Below are positions 51,348 to 63,725 of a stretch of 64,000 nucleotides of DNA, piece by piece. Under the pieces are notes generated by a model. The model was not told where the DNA came from and searched no databases. It saw nothing but the letters and a program-made list of their open reading frames with translations. Source of the stretch: Callorhinchus milii (taxonomy: Eukaryota); the NCBI RefSeq assembly GCF_018977255.1, contig NW_024704742.1, positions 26,352,001-26,416,000 on the forward strand, in the 5' to 3' direction. The position numbers and the translations under genes are program-made. The first letter of the stretch is position 1; the number at the start of each line of letters is the position of its first letter.

Positions 51348-51889
51348 AGGGTGGCCACAGGTATGGTCGAAGAGGAGGATCTTGTTGTTGTATTCTACAA
51401 AGAAGCTATTACCTACGTACGAAGTGAAGTGTCATTAACACAACACTTAATTAACAACATGCCTCCTGGAACACACACTCCATATTTAAAACATTCAAAA
51501 ATCTACTCACATGTCAGAGAGAGATAATGCATGCAATATCCAATAAAAATGCTTTTGAAGGCAACATCTGTCTCACCAGCAATTAAGATGAGTCAATACA
51601 CTCTTTTACGAGGAAAACATGGGCCCATCAAACATCCACCCTGTCACTGAATCAGTGTCGGCACCTGATCAGCCAGGTAAAGAAGCAGCATATAAGCTCA
51701 CTGAATAAATTCCACTTCCAACTAACACTCTACTTGGTGAGGTCGCTCCAACATGTCATCGAATCAGCATGATCACCTGGGGTGATCACCTGGAACTAGT
51801 CCACGCTGGTGTCGAATATACTCTATACGAGCTCCCACCCCTCCTAATTCCCTCTCCCATACTCCTCTATTCCCTTCTCTCTCATTTTT

Positions 51890-52098
51890 CTTTGGTCAGC
51901 CGGGTGTCTCACACATGCGGAAACCCATCACCATGCTTAAGAGTATCCAAACCAAGTTGAGATTTCCAAACATTCCCACCTACGCATGGAAATCCCAAAG
52001 AGATTCTTGGAATGGAATGCGCACTCTCTCCCTGGAGGGACTTATCCTGCTTACCTAATTCTGGAAAATATTAGGCGCAGGTTGGCAAGAGTCAAGGC
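51890..52098 (-). repeat. Unclassified structured repeat family, well preserved 3' three-quarters
   Basis: ttggtcagccgggtgtctcacacatgcggaaacccatcaccatgcttaagagtatccaaaccaag... collinear with 57645-57850. Confidence 0.85.
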
Positions 52099-52193
52099 TG
52101 CAATCAACAGAACTTCACAGGCGAATACTGCATGGAAAAGATGCACTTTATAGAATACAGTCAGAGTTTAACTTCAGCAAACACTACACTGTA

Positions 52194-52520
52194 AATAATA
52201 ATAATCCTTGTATTTGTGTAGCGCCTTATATCTTCGAGACGTTTCAAAACGCTTCATAGAATATACAGTAAAGTGAATTGACTGTATATTTTGTGGGTAA
52301 AACCTGGCAGCCAATTGCCCACAGCAGTGTCCCACAAACAGTCGTGAATTGAGTGACCAAATTATTATTACTATTAATATTTTTTGGAACGGATTATTAC
52401 CCCTGGAAAAGCGATCAACCAATCAACTAACAACCGGGTTCCTACTTACTGCTAGGTAAATAGAGGCGTGTGGAGTAAGGAAACTTGCCCAACGTTTCGC
52501 CCTGCCCGGGAATCGAACAG
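52194..52520 (-). mobile_element. SINE, long subfamily
   Basis: (TAA)n tail; internal block caactaacaaccgggttcctacttactgctaggtaaatagagg; B box region gggaatcgaac. Confidence 0.88.
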
Positions 52521-52867
52521 CCATCTCCCTAATTCGCAGAAAGTCCTTTAATTGACTGGTCTTGGCTAAAATACATTAGACTAAATAAAGAACTATTCCG
52601 CTGGATTAAAACAAATTGCAAAGTGACAGTCGGCATCGGCCATATCAATAGATTATGTTGCATCATTTGTCTTTGAGAAAGGGACAAACAGAACTGCTGA
52701 TGTCCTTATTTGAGGTACCAATTGAGATGCTGTCAATCAATGCAAGTTTACATTTCTATAACGTCAGGAGGACATCCCCAAGCGCTTAATAGTACTGGCT
52801 GGGCACCCTCCAACTGGGGTCAGGAGTCAATGGGAGTGGAGACAGGACAATAGGAGACTGCTATTTA

Positions 52868-53177
52868 GAGTCCTGTAGCTCAGTGGTTAGAGCACTCGCT
52901 TTGCAAGCGAGACACTTGAGTTCAATTCCAGGCAGGGCGAAACCTTGGGCAAGTTTCCTCACTCCACACGCCTAATAATAATCCCTCCAAAAAAAAGCAA
53001 TAATAAATTGGTCATTTTCAATCCACGACTGTTTGTGGCTGTGCGCAATTGGCTGCCGTGTTTCGCCCACAAATATACAGTCAATTCACTTTACAGTATA
53101 TTCTGTGAAGCGCTTTGAGACATCTAGAAGACGTGAAAAGCGCTATATCAAATGCAAGGATTATTATTATTATTATT
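52868..53177 (+). mobile_element. SINE, short subfamily, full length
   Basis: gagtcctgtagctcagtggttagagcactcgctttgcaagcgag..gagttcaattcc..(tta)n. Confidence 0.93.
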
Positions 53178-53681
53178 ACTTGTGCTGTAGTTCTGAACCT
53201 CATTCAATCCTTTGTAATTATTTGTTACAAGAATAGGAGGAAATTTTAGACAATCTGTTATGACCCTGGGAATATTGCCTGTGAAATCAACTGTGTATTA
53301 CCAGTTTCAGTTAGTAGGCTGAAGGACATTAGCAAAAAAATGAATAAAATATAATTAAACTGTGTGATACAAAGATTAGCAATGTACACAACCCCCACAG
53401 AGAAACACTAACTGTAATGAACCATTTATTTTAGTCAAAATACAGTATATTGGCATCACAATAAACCAATGTATCTTCAAGATAAGAATTAGACTGGCAC
53501 ACTTTGACTCTCTACCTCTAATGAATCAAATGCAGTTTATTTTGGTGGAAATAATTTGGAGCCTATTTAAAGGCTGACAGATTTGGGGGGGTATTAAAAA
53601 AATTGAGAAGTAGGTAGGCTACATTTTTAGCTTTGCCTTAAAAGGAACAAAAGTAATTCTGTTCTACTCTAATGTTCTAAT

Positions 53682-53930
53682 GATCCCTCAGAGGTTTGAG
53701 TTCAAAATTATGGTCCTCACTTTCAAGGCCCTCCATGGCCTTGCTCCCTTCTACCTGTCCAACCTGCTAACCCTTTATCAATCTGTCTGCTCCCTCAACT
53801 CAACAGGTAGGCCATCAGCCTCTCTTTGCCCCCACCCCCGGATCTCCATCCTACATTCCCTTTGCCTCGCTTCCCCCTTGCCTCCTTCAAGGTACGCCTC
53901 AAGACTCTCCTCTTTGACCATACCCGTGGC
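53682..53930 (+). mobile_element. L2 fragment
   Basis: IPQRFEFKIMVLTFKALHGLAPFYLSNLL; FKVRLKTLLFD. Confidence 0.85.
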
Positions 53931-53937
53931 CATCCTA

Positions 53938-54648
53938 CAACAACAACAACAACAACAAAATTACATTTATATAGCTCCTTTCACGTTGTGAGGATGTCCC
54001 AAGGCGCTGAACAGTCAGGTGTCGGGGCCCGAGCATGGGGGAGGGGTGGTGTAGGGGTGAGCAAAGACAGAGAGGTGGGAGGGCGACCAAAGGCACGATC
54101 GAAGAGAAGGGTCTTGAGACCGGCCTTGAAGGAGGCAAGGGAGGAAGCGAGGCGAAGGGACCATGGGATGGAGTTCCAGAGTGTGGGACAGAGAGGCTGA
54201 AAGCCCGGCCACTGATGGTAGGGCGGGTGACATGGAGTAGGCCGGAGCCCGCTGAATGGAGGGAGTGGGCAGGTTGGTAGGGAGTCAGCAGGTCAGAGAG
54301 GTAGGACGGGGCAAGGCCATGGATGGCCTTAAAGGTGAGGATGAGGATCTTGAACTCAATCCTCTGGGGGATGGGGAGCCAGTGGAGTCGGGCAAGGGTG
54401 GGAGTGATGGGGTCACGGAGCCTGGTGCATGAGAGTATGAGCATGAGCTGCAGAGTTTTGGATGATCTGCAGCTTGTGAAGGGAAGAGTTGGGAAGGCCG
54501 ATGAGGAGGGAGTTCCAGTAATTGAGCCTTCATGTGACGAATACATGGGTAAGGGTTTCAGCTGCCTGAGGGGTGAGGCAGTGGCGGAGTCTGGCAATAT
54601 TGCGGAGGTGGTGGTAGGCAGTGCCAGTCATGTGGGTGAGAAAGGACA
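53938..54648 (-). mobile_element. L2 LINE 3' fragment
   Basis: LARLHWLPIPQRIEFKILILTFKAIHGLAPSYLSDLL; (CAA)n on plus strand. Confidence 0.93.
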
Positions 54649-54649
54649 G

Positions 54650-54790
54650 AAAGGACCCTCTCTGCCCACCACCCTCCGTGATCCCAACCACCCCCCCCCC
54701 TCCAATCTGGTCCTAATCCCCCTCTGTTCAGCATCTTGGGACGTCCTCCCAACGTGAAAGGCGCTTTACAAATGTAATTTTGTGTTGTAT
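54650..54790 (+). mobile_element. L2 3' tail
   Basis: ttgggacgtcctcccaacgtgaaaggcgctttacaaatgtaattttgtgttg. Confidence 0.8.
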
Positions 54791-56012
54791 TGTAATGTGA
54801 TGATCAACAGTATGTTTTATCCCCCATATCTAATCAGATCTTTCACTCCCTGGACTCAAATAAGGCTTTTTGCCCTGAAGGTATGGATGACTTTATAATC
54901 TCAATACGCATCTCCAAATTTACCCTTAGCCTTTGCGACCTCCCAATGCTCTCTTCAACACAGTCTTTCTCCTCAGAGATTCAGTTACACTATCTTATCA
55001 CTGAGAAACGTGGTCGCACTCACTTTCAATCTGCTGCCTTACATTCAGTTTCTGAAGTTATGGAGACTGCCACCAATTATAACACTGCCCAGCACCTTCA
55101 AAGGTTTGAGTGAGCAAAGTTCAGAGTTTTCGATGTACAAAAAAAATCAAGATAAAATGCAGAACATGAAGCACAAAGCTCAGCTGACATTGCCTGAGAC
55201 AAGCAAGCAAGTACCATTCCACTGCCAACATGCCACATCAGTTGTCGCACAGCAATAACACTAATAGGCATAGCAACCCCCCCATCTTAACAAGATCAGA
55301 GTGCATTAGAACCACTCTGATGAATAACCCTATAGAAATTAGGTGAGAACACATTTGTGAGTGTCAGCAGATAATGGGCTGAAACTATCAGTAAAGACAT
55401 CATTTTAAATTGCGAAACACAGACCTACCTCTTTTGCCCAAAATAGACACCATCAAAATTAAACAAAAATAACATCCATCGTGATGGGCAGAGGCTTTTG
55501 TAAATGGCAATAATGATCTTGAAAGAAAATGGCTTGTGAACATGTTGAATATTTATATCCCCTGTTCAAAGAGTTTCATCTGAATGATTTGGGGGTAAAT
55601 TATGCATTTTATAAAACTAAGTTGCCAAATTATAAAAGACTACAATCATGTCTCTAAGTTTTAACACATCTGATTTGGGGGGGAAATAATGTCACTTGCT
55701 ATTCAGAGACAATTCCTGCAGTAATTGTGATCAGCATGAAGTCCTCTGAGACATTATATTGTAACTATTGAGTAAAACAGGATCAACTGTGTAACAAAGA
55801 TCATGATGGAAATAAATTATTTCTAACTCTGATATATATATAAATATCTGTACATAATTTATAAAAAAAACTTCAAAGTCTATACAACCAAAATTAGTCC
55901 AATGGATTAAACACAAACTATTTATGTTTACATTCCATTTCAAATCCTTAATTCCAAGTCCAAATTATGAAATAATAGTCATATGCTGTACCATAATATT
56001 AATAATAAAAAA

Positions 56013-56132
56013 CCTAATAATCCTTGCATTTTGCATAGCACCTTTCACATCAGGAGAATGCCTCAGCTTCACAGGATTTTACTGCGAAGTGTAGGGATTG
56101 TATATTTGTAGGCGAATGTAGCAGTTAATTTG
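56013..56132 (-). mobile_element. SINE 3' fragment
   Basis: taataatccttgcatttt..cctttcacatcaggag..tatatttgtaggcgaa. Confidence 0.7.
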
Positions 56133-56134
56133 GA

Positions 56135-56370
56135 AGTCCTTTAGGGTATTGGTTAGAGCATTCACTTTGCAAACGAGAGGACCTGGGTTTGATTCCTAGG
56201 CGGAAAGAAACCTTAGGCAAATTTCCTTACTCTATACTGCTCTGTTTATCTAGCAGTAAGTTGGAAACCAGTTGTCAGTCGATTGACAGATCAATTTCCG
56301 GGGGTAATAATCCCTTCAAAAAATAAATAAATAATAATAATAATTTGGTCACTCAATCCGTGACAGTTTG
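56135..56370 (+). mobile_element. SINE, long subfamily, 3' truncated
   Basis: ggttagagcattcactttgcaaacgagagg..gggtttgattcc..ctctgtttatctagcagtaag..ggggtaataatccc. Confidence 0.8.
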
Positions 56371-56447
56371 AGAGAGTTTAAACCTATTTCAATATAATTT
56401 TCAAAAAATATTCTCTGAATTATATGCTTCATAAAAAATGGATGTCA

Positions 56448-56708
56448 TCACTTTTTGGAATTCACCCTCTGGAACTCCATCCTCACAGTCCCTCGCCTCG
56501 CCCCATCCCTTGCTTCCATCAAGACCTGTCTCAAGACCCTCCTCTATGACCGTGCCTTCTTCGGTCACCCTCCTACCCCTAACCTGCCCACTCTCCACCT
56601 CTCCTGATCCCAACCACCAGTTCGGGTGTGGATCCCTGATTGTCCAGCACTTTGAGACGTCCGCTTGACGTGAAAGGCACTATACAAATGTAATTTGATG
56701 TTGTTGTT
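56448..56708 (+). mobile_element. L2 3' fragment
   Basis: ctctggaactccatccc..ctcaagaccctcctct..gtgaaaggcactatacaaatgtaatttgatgttgttg. Confidence 0.85.
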
Positions 56709-57644
56709 TTACATGCATGTTCTATTAAATTATTTTCCCTTTTTTCTCCTAAATATTAAGCCAAGACTGATGTGGGAAGGCACTATTAATGTGAACCTGA
56801 CACGGTTATCTCTGGTTAAAAATCAACTGATTTTTCCTAAGACTTATTATTCAGTAAAACCCAATCAACCAAATCTCACCAAACAGTGCTGAGCATTCAC
56901 AACTTTCTGAGAGCACAAGAGTGTGCTCATTCACAACAGCAGCTCAGTGTTTACAAAGGGCCATGGGGTGGGGTGGGGCTGTGGAGTGAATATGTATTCA
57001 AGTCAGTTTACCTATTTTATATTACGTATCACCATAGACATTGATTCACGTTACCAGTTTGAGCCCAGTATTCCAACTCAGCTACATGAAAGCAAATTAA
57101 TTTTAGTTTTGTTGTAATAAATATTGGCAATTTGTTTCAAATGTATTTTAAGAGATCGCCATAAATGGCCATAACCCCCAGGAATGCAAACACTATTTAA
57201 AAAAAACTATTCAGTAACTCTGGTGAATAAAAGCTATTCCAGCACAGTGAAGGCACAGTTGGGCTAAGAGTCCATATAGTATGTGAGATAAAATTCATTA
57301 TCATCTAAAATTTTAGAAACTTCTTAATTTCAGTCTTAAATGTTTTTTTCCCCCCTAGCTCTTGAAATAAACTGACTTGGAAACTGAAGAATGAATTTAG
57401 GAACCTCTCAAAATTCTGAACCACCTTAAATTTTACAACAAAATGAATGATCTTACACGAGGTGGAATTTCAGGCCTGATGTTGCTTACTTCTACTAGTT
57501 CAAAGCCTGGGTCAATTATGCTAATATGGACAGAGCATTCTCCTAAGGAAGTCTAAATTCACAAATATTGTAATATTACAACTCATTAGCCTTCAAGTGA
57601 TACTAATCACAATTAAGAAATGCCACATCATCAACAACAATTTG

Positions 57645-57910
57645 TTTTGGTCAGCCAGGTGTCTGACACATGCGAAAACCCATCACTGTGCTTAAGAGTA
57701 TCCAAACCAAGCTGAGAATTCCATGCATCCCACCTGCACATGGAAATCCCAGAGATAGATTGTTGGTTTGGAATTCCACTCTTTCCCTGGAGGAACGCAT
57801 CCTGTTTACCTAATTCCGGAAAGTATTTGGCACAGGTTAGCAGGAGCCAATGGGTGGGGATCCCAGAGTGTGCGTTGAAGTACTGCTGGAGTCTAACCAG
57901 TTAAAACTGC
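57645..57910 (-). repeat. Unclassified structured repeat family, full-length reference copy (~265 bp)
   Basis: Spans ttggtcagccagg to ccagttaaaactgc; collinear with six other copies. Confidence 0.85.
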
Positions 57911-57916
57911 AACTCA

Positions 57917-58085
57917 AACAACACAAATTACATTTATATATCACCCTTCATGTAGGGTAACATCTTGGAGCACTTTACTGGGATGGGGTTGGAGGGCGGA
58001 GTGGGAGAGTTGGGGGCGAATGTGACCATAGGCATATTTGAAGAGGCAGGATTTGAGGGGGAATTAGACAGAAAGAGAGAGGGTA
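57917..58085 (-). mobile_element. L2 3' fragment
   Basis: aacaacacaaattacatttatatatcacccttcatg..gtgaccataggcat. Confidence 0.7.
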
Positions 58086-58794
58086 CAGAGTGGACAGAGC
58101 ACTCCCAGGCTTCCCCCATACATTTGCCGCTTGAACTGTATGATCATTACTTGTTCATAAACTAGTTATTTTCTGAGACTTGTCCTTGGTTCAGAATTAC
58201 GATATCAAATAGATACATTCTTATTGTGTCTGAACGAATTCTGGATGTTTCAAAGATAGTGGAGTCAGCTGTTGCAGTGTATTTTGCAGCTTCTTTCAAT
58301 ATCTGCTTAAGTAAAATCAGCGAAACCTTTTCAGGAAACAAAATATAAATTTTAAGAATGATAACCGATGGCTTAGCTCCCAAGTAAAGTGTTACCTTAT
58401 TACATTGTAGATTAGATAATATTACCAGCAATGGACATTCATACATAAGCAGCAGACTCTAATGAATTTTAAGGCCTCATAGAAAAATGAAAGAAAATAA
58501 TAATAATAATCCTTGCATTTGATATAGCGCTTTTCACGTCTTCTAGACATCTCAAAAGCTACAAAAATGAGCAGGGAAATATAAGACACAATGGTGCATG
58601 GTGCATTCCTAGCTCTGAAGGTAAAAGCATTGGAGCAAAAGTTTGAGATCCTGCCCCCAAACTCGACCAACGTTCAACCTGACTTCTTTGAATACCAAGT
58701 TTGCAAGTCTCTTGCTGGGTTTACTGATTCTTCAGTCTAGTTTGTTAATTATTCCATCAGGCAACCGCAAAGCATAAGAGCTCAGACAACCAGG

Positions 58795-58970
58795 TTGATC
58801 AAGGTGGCAGAGAGGCTGAAGGCCCGACTGTCGATGGTAAGATAGGGGACATGTGACAGGCTGGAGCCCGCTGAGCGGTGGGAGCAAATAGGTCGAAATG
58901 GAGTTTGCAAGTCACAAAGATAGGGAGAAGCAAAGCCAAGGAGGGCTTTGAAGATGAGGACGAGGACTTT
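58795..58970 (-). mobile_element. L2 internal fragment
   Basis: agaggctgaaggcccg..gctggagcccgctgagcgg..gccaaggagggctttgaagatgaggacgagg. Confidence 0.7.
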
Positions 58971-58987
58971 TCACACATCAAAGTTTC

Positions 58988-59160
58988 ATCAACAGCCATG
59001 AAGTGAATGACTAATTTGCCTGGAACATATCAGCCAAAAGAAACTTCTTTTTTTTCAAATAGTGTAACGGTATCTGAAGCATCCACCTGAACACTCAAGT
59101 GGATCTCAGTAAAATGTCTCATCCAAAAGACAGTGCTTTCAACAATGCAGTATTCACACA
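58988..59160 (-). mobile_element. DeuSINE-like fragment
   Basis: aacagccatgaagtgaatgac..catccacctgaac..tctcatccaaaagacag..aacaatgcagta. Confidence 0.65.
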
Positions 59161-60739
59161 ACATTTTCTTTAATTAAGTATATCTGTTGAATATATTATA
59201 GCACGTAAAGGGTTACTCCACATTGAGATCATTACAAATAATCACACAGATTTCAAGTCTGGAGCAGCTTGTTTTTCCATCTGTGCATAATATATTATCA
59301 CAACTACAACTTATTGATTTACAAACCTAAGGTTGGTTTAGTCATTTTACTTTTGAAAAGTAATTCTAAGCCAAAGCTTTCTGTACTGTAAACACTACAT
59401 TATTTAAATACTGTGTGTTATGAAGTTATTCATAAAAAAAGAATCCAGTCATTCTATACAAACACAAGGGACCAAGGTCCAACTGCCATTAAAAATACAT
59501 AGCCTTCAGGTGGTGACTTTCTCTGTACATCTGTACATCTGTCCATGCTGTTGTCTGAAATTCCTTAAGCTGTTTCTCTTTCTACCTTTCATGCACACTG
59601 ATATTCTTTGTAAATGTGTGCATGTGTATTAGTATATATATATATGTGTGTGCACAGGTATGTGTGCACGAGTACACACGTGTGGGTGCTCACATTGAAC
59701 TGTCTTCCTCCTCGTTTTGTTTGTATTGTAGAGCTTGTGAAAAAAAATCAAATTGCTTAGCATTATGTGTGCGTGCGGTTTCACAATATCAATAAACTTT
59801 CAAATAGATTTCCTCAATAGACCTCAGTTTCACGCCAATGCTTCCAGCAGTTCTGACTTTACCAACAAAATGATGATTCTGCAGATGACAGCAGTACTTA
59901 ACATTAACCAGAACTTTCAACTTTGATTTTGAACACTGCGTACTGCACAAGAAATGATAAAGGATTTGGAAATCTGCATCAATGGTGATTTTTTGTAACA
60001 AAGGCTTTTTTATATTTAAAAATTTAATTCAATAATTTCTCACCATTTCCTCTATTTTCTATAATCACAGGTGTGGTTTTCCAGGGCCGCTGTCAGTGTT
60101 GCTGTAGTATAATTTGGCAGGAGACACAAATCAAACAGTGCGAGACAGGCAAGATCAGATTTTGCTTGTTTTAGTATTTCATTTGATCCAGCACGTTAGC
60201 CAAGAATAACATGGATGTTGTTCTTGGGTTGAGAGATGATCAAAGCGATGAGGGGAAAACCAAGGTAGCTCCAATATCCACTCATGCACTCTTCCATCAG
60301 CAACATGAGGACTAAAGCCAGCAATGTCCCAACTCAAATTTCTTCTCGCTTTCTTTACCCCTCCACCCCTCATATTATTGCAATCATTAATGTTTTGATA
60401 ACATACCTGGATGGGCGTTTTTCACAGGAAAAAGGATTTGTGATTTTTTATACATTTTGTTTTTGCATTTTCCTGTGTAGTTTTGGACAGGATGTCTAAC
60501 TTGTTTGGTAATTGGGTCACGGAGATGCCTCCTATCAGTACTTCCTGTTCTCTTTTTAAAACAGAATCTGCGTACATCCTGTTCAGGGCAAGACGTATTT
60601 ATTATTATTATTCTTGCACACTTGCGCTCTAGTTGACAGTGGTGTGTGAGGGGATGCAATTGTGAAGGAAGAGTAACAAAGGGAGAGAAACACAGTCAAC
60701 CTGTATCCTACCAACCTTGCCCTTTTTGCTCTCTTAATA

Positions 60740-61109
60740 CAGTAAACCTCATACAAGTCATATTAGTTGGGACCATACATTTAATACAACTTATGCAAAG
60801 TATGAGTTATGTCAAACTTGCATAGAATATAAACTCTTGAACTGTACTTGGGCAGATGTGCGACTTATGCGACTTATACAGATCAGACTTATGCTAATTT
60901 TCCTTGCATTTGATTCAGAGCCTTTCATGAGAGGTTCACAGGTTTTACTACAAATTGGAGCGAGAGTTCGCCTTCACTCCCCCTTTAAAATGGACATGGC
61001 TCTTCCTCCGAAGGATAGAGAAAGACAATGAGGAATCTATGTTTAGCCCTGCTATTTTCTCTGTGTGGCATAATCCTATTATTGAGATCAATCACAGAGA
61101 GGTTTACTG
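60740..61109. mobile_element. Possible old pogo/Tigger-like non-autonomous DNA transposon
   Basis: TA-cagtaaacctc at 60738-60750 and gaggtttactg at 61099-61109 (11-bp perfect inverted match); internal repeated gacttat motifs; right TA target site absent. Confidence 0.35.
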
Positions 61110-61734
61110 GCATGAGTTTGAGAGTCCAGGTCTTATGGACTTGTCGGGGACTTGTTCAGACATTCATGTTACATCAATGCTAATAAGATAAAAGTAAAGC
61201 CTGATATGTGTAACAAAGTATAAGTATCTGCATATCAGACACATGTGCTTTGCTCAGTGAGGAATTAGCTGCCAGGCTCATCAACAAAAAAGTAAAAACA
61301 TATGTATAACATATGTAAAACAACAAGGGGCCAAATCTCACAGGCTCTCAGTTTTATAAAGCTGTGATTAGCTTCGGAAAGAACCCATTACCAAAGCTCA
61401 CTCAACCTTATGAGAAAAAGCTGATCGTGTTTTTTGGACTGGAAACCATTGGATCAAGTGTAAAGACCAGTCAAACCACGGTGGCAGAGGGCAAAAAAGA
61501 CAAGTCAGCTAGAAATGCTCCACAGACTCAATTTCACATAGGGAGTGACTCAAGGATCTGAGCAAGTCACAAAACTATGAGACAGGTTGAGATCAAGAAA
61601 ATCCTTAAACCCATGTGATCTCATCCTTTCAGAATACCAACCCATTAACTCTCCATTACAGCAACAAGCCTTTTTTTTTAAAAAAGCGTTTATGTTATAC
61701 TACTTTCCCAGGAAACACATTTGAGTCAAAATGT

Positions 61735-62010
61735 ATGAATTTTTTTTGAATGGAATTGAAAAAGTAAACTCAGAACAAAACTTTAGAAGTCACCAAGACA
61801 GTAGTACAAGAAGACATATGTTTACATGAAGTGTTTATTTCCTCAGAGGGTAATTAATGACTGGTATATGTGGCCAGGAAGGATTAGAATTGAAGCCAGA
61901 ATACTGGATTCATTTTTAAATGGCTTGATGCTGCGATGGGAGCACGATGGGGTGGATATGCTGGAGGGATGAGATCAAATGCACCGAACGGTCTTCTTCA
62001 TCTTGAGCTT
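61735..62010 (+). mobile_element. Degraded CR1 3' fragment
   Basis: tttatttcctcagagggtaattaatgactgg..tttaaatggcttgatgc..gagatcaaatgcaccgaacggtcttc. Confidence 0.5.
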
Positions 62011-62576
62011 GTGAGCTTGTGAACATTAATTATCCTCTGTGTTGCTTAGAGTATCACATAGTTTTAGGCTTATATATATAATATATATATCCAAAGGAAA
62101 TTCCTTTTACAAAGTAACTCTGAATAAAAGATGGAAACTGGAAGAAGAAAGAGGGATCCAATCTTTTGTAATGTTGTGTCTGCCCGTTCTTTCGGGTAGA
62201 CATTAAAAAATTCAACAACACTAACTGAAAAGAGGAGGGTTTTGCAGTGTCCCAACCATAAATTCTGCAGATTAATCGGTTAGCAAGATAGATCATGGCT
62301 GTTTCGTAGGATCCTGATGTGTGAAAAATGACTGTCATGCTTGCCCAGAAAACCAGTCTCTATATATACTTGACAGTAGTTTCTGAACAGCACATTGAGA
62401 TACTTCAATACAGTAAGGCTTTATAAAACACTTTAGGAACCTATAACCCTCACAGTCCAGTTATATCACAACTCAATACCCTGCCCTGTTCACGAATAAC
62501 TGTTATAGAGAGAAGCAACATAGACCCTGGGGATTAAGAGACCATCTTTGCACTAAAGTCATCATTGTCGAGGGAG

Positions 62577-63003
62577 ACATAGAAACAGGCGTAGGCCATT
62601 CCGCCGCTCAAGCCTTTTCCGCTATTCTATTAGACCATGGCTGATCTATACTCGACTCCATTTACCCACCTTTGCTCCATATCCTTTGACACCCGGATCT
62701 AACAAAAATCTACTAACCTCAGTCTTGAAAATGTGAATTGATACAACATCCACAGCCTTTTGAAATCTGGAGAAAGCTCCAGATTTAGACTCCGCTTTGT
62801 ATGAAAAACTGCTTCTTGATTTGATGTCCTAGCTCTAATTTTAAGATGATTGTTCTGGAGTCCCCCACCAGAGGAAATAGTTTCTCTGTACCTACCCTAT
62901 CGAATCCCCTTATCATTTTAGACACCTCAATTTGATCAACCCTCAACCTTGTAAACTCAAGGGAATGAATTACCTCTTAAGACCCGGTATCATACTGGTG
63001 AGA
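62577..63003 (-). mobile_element. CR1 LINE 3' fragment
   Basis: acatagaaacaggcgtaggccattccgccgctcaagcc..agaccatggctgatct..cccaccagaggaaatag..tcgaatcccct, reverse of a shark-type CR1 3' end. Confidence 0.75.
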
Positions 63004-63478
63004 CCCTTCAGTGTTGGTGGTGTGGGTGAGTGAAGATTATTTGGGGATAATTGGAACAATTCTGGTACACTTATGTTCAATAAATATAGAAACATAATGG
63101 ATTATGAGGGCAGCTTCTTTTAATCGATTTATTTCCACTTCAGCACAGTTTTACAATTTGAACAATTTGAGCTGCCAGGTCATCGTTGTCTTAGTCTAGT
63201 CCTTCGTCATTAGTATAGATTAATAACAATCCCTGCATTTCAAAGTAATTCTACAATTTAAATTACTAAGTTAACTTTTTAATAAAATCCTGACAGGCAG
63301 AGATACCTTATTAAAATAACAGGCACTGCTTTTTCCCCCTTTTTAAATAGTGTGAACAGGTACAACTCAGTAGTTCCTGTGAGGATGTGTATCAGTCAAT
63401 ACACGTGGGTGTCCATAAACCACTGTGTACTTCAGTGTTGTGCATAAATTGTCATTAAGAGAAATGCGTATAAATTAT

Positions 63479-63725
63479 CAGCCTCGCTCATTTGGTAGCA
63501 CTCCCGCCTCTGGGTCAGAATTGTGTAGGTTCAAGTCCCACATCAGGACTTTTGGGCCTACAGTTTAGATCCACATCAGTACATTACTGTGGGAGTGCTG
63601 TATTGTCGGAAGTACCATTCTTTTCCATAAAACATTAAACCGAGGTCTCTTCTGCCTGTTCAGGTGCAGCTTAAATATCCCATGACACTATTCAAAAGTA
63701 AAATGGAGTTTCTCACCTCACTCGC
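63479..63725 (+). mobile_element. DeuSINE-like element
   Basis: gctcatttggtagcactcccgcctctgggtcagaa..aggttcaagtccc head; acattaaaccgagg..gcctgttcaggtg..atcccatgacactatt. Confidence 0.75.

Noticed and set aside
52868..52940. tRNA-Ala(TGC)-like gene
   Set aside because: No proper acceptor stem, and it continues into the SINE body in every copy; a SINE head
55312..55345. Second hammerhead (ctgatga...gaaa)
   Set aside because: No convincing helix I, II or III pairing and no Penelope context
58162..58330. Protein-like reading frame (ILKEAAKYTATADSTIFETSRIRSD)
   Set aside because: No recognisable homolog and weak donor sites
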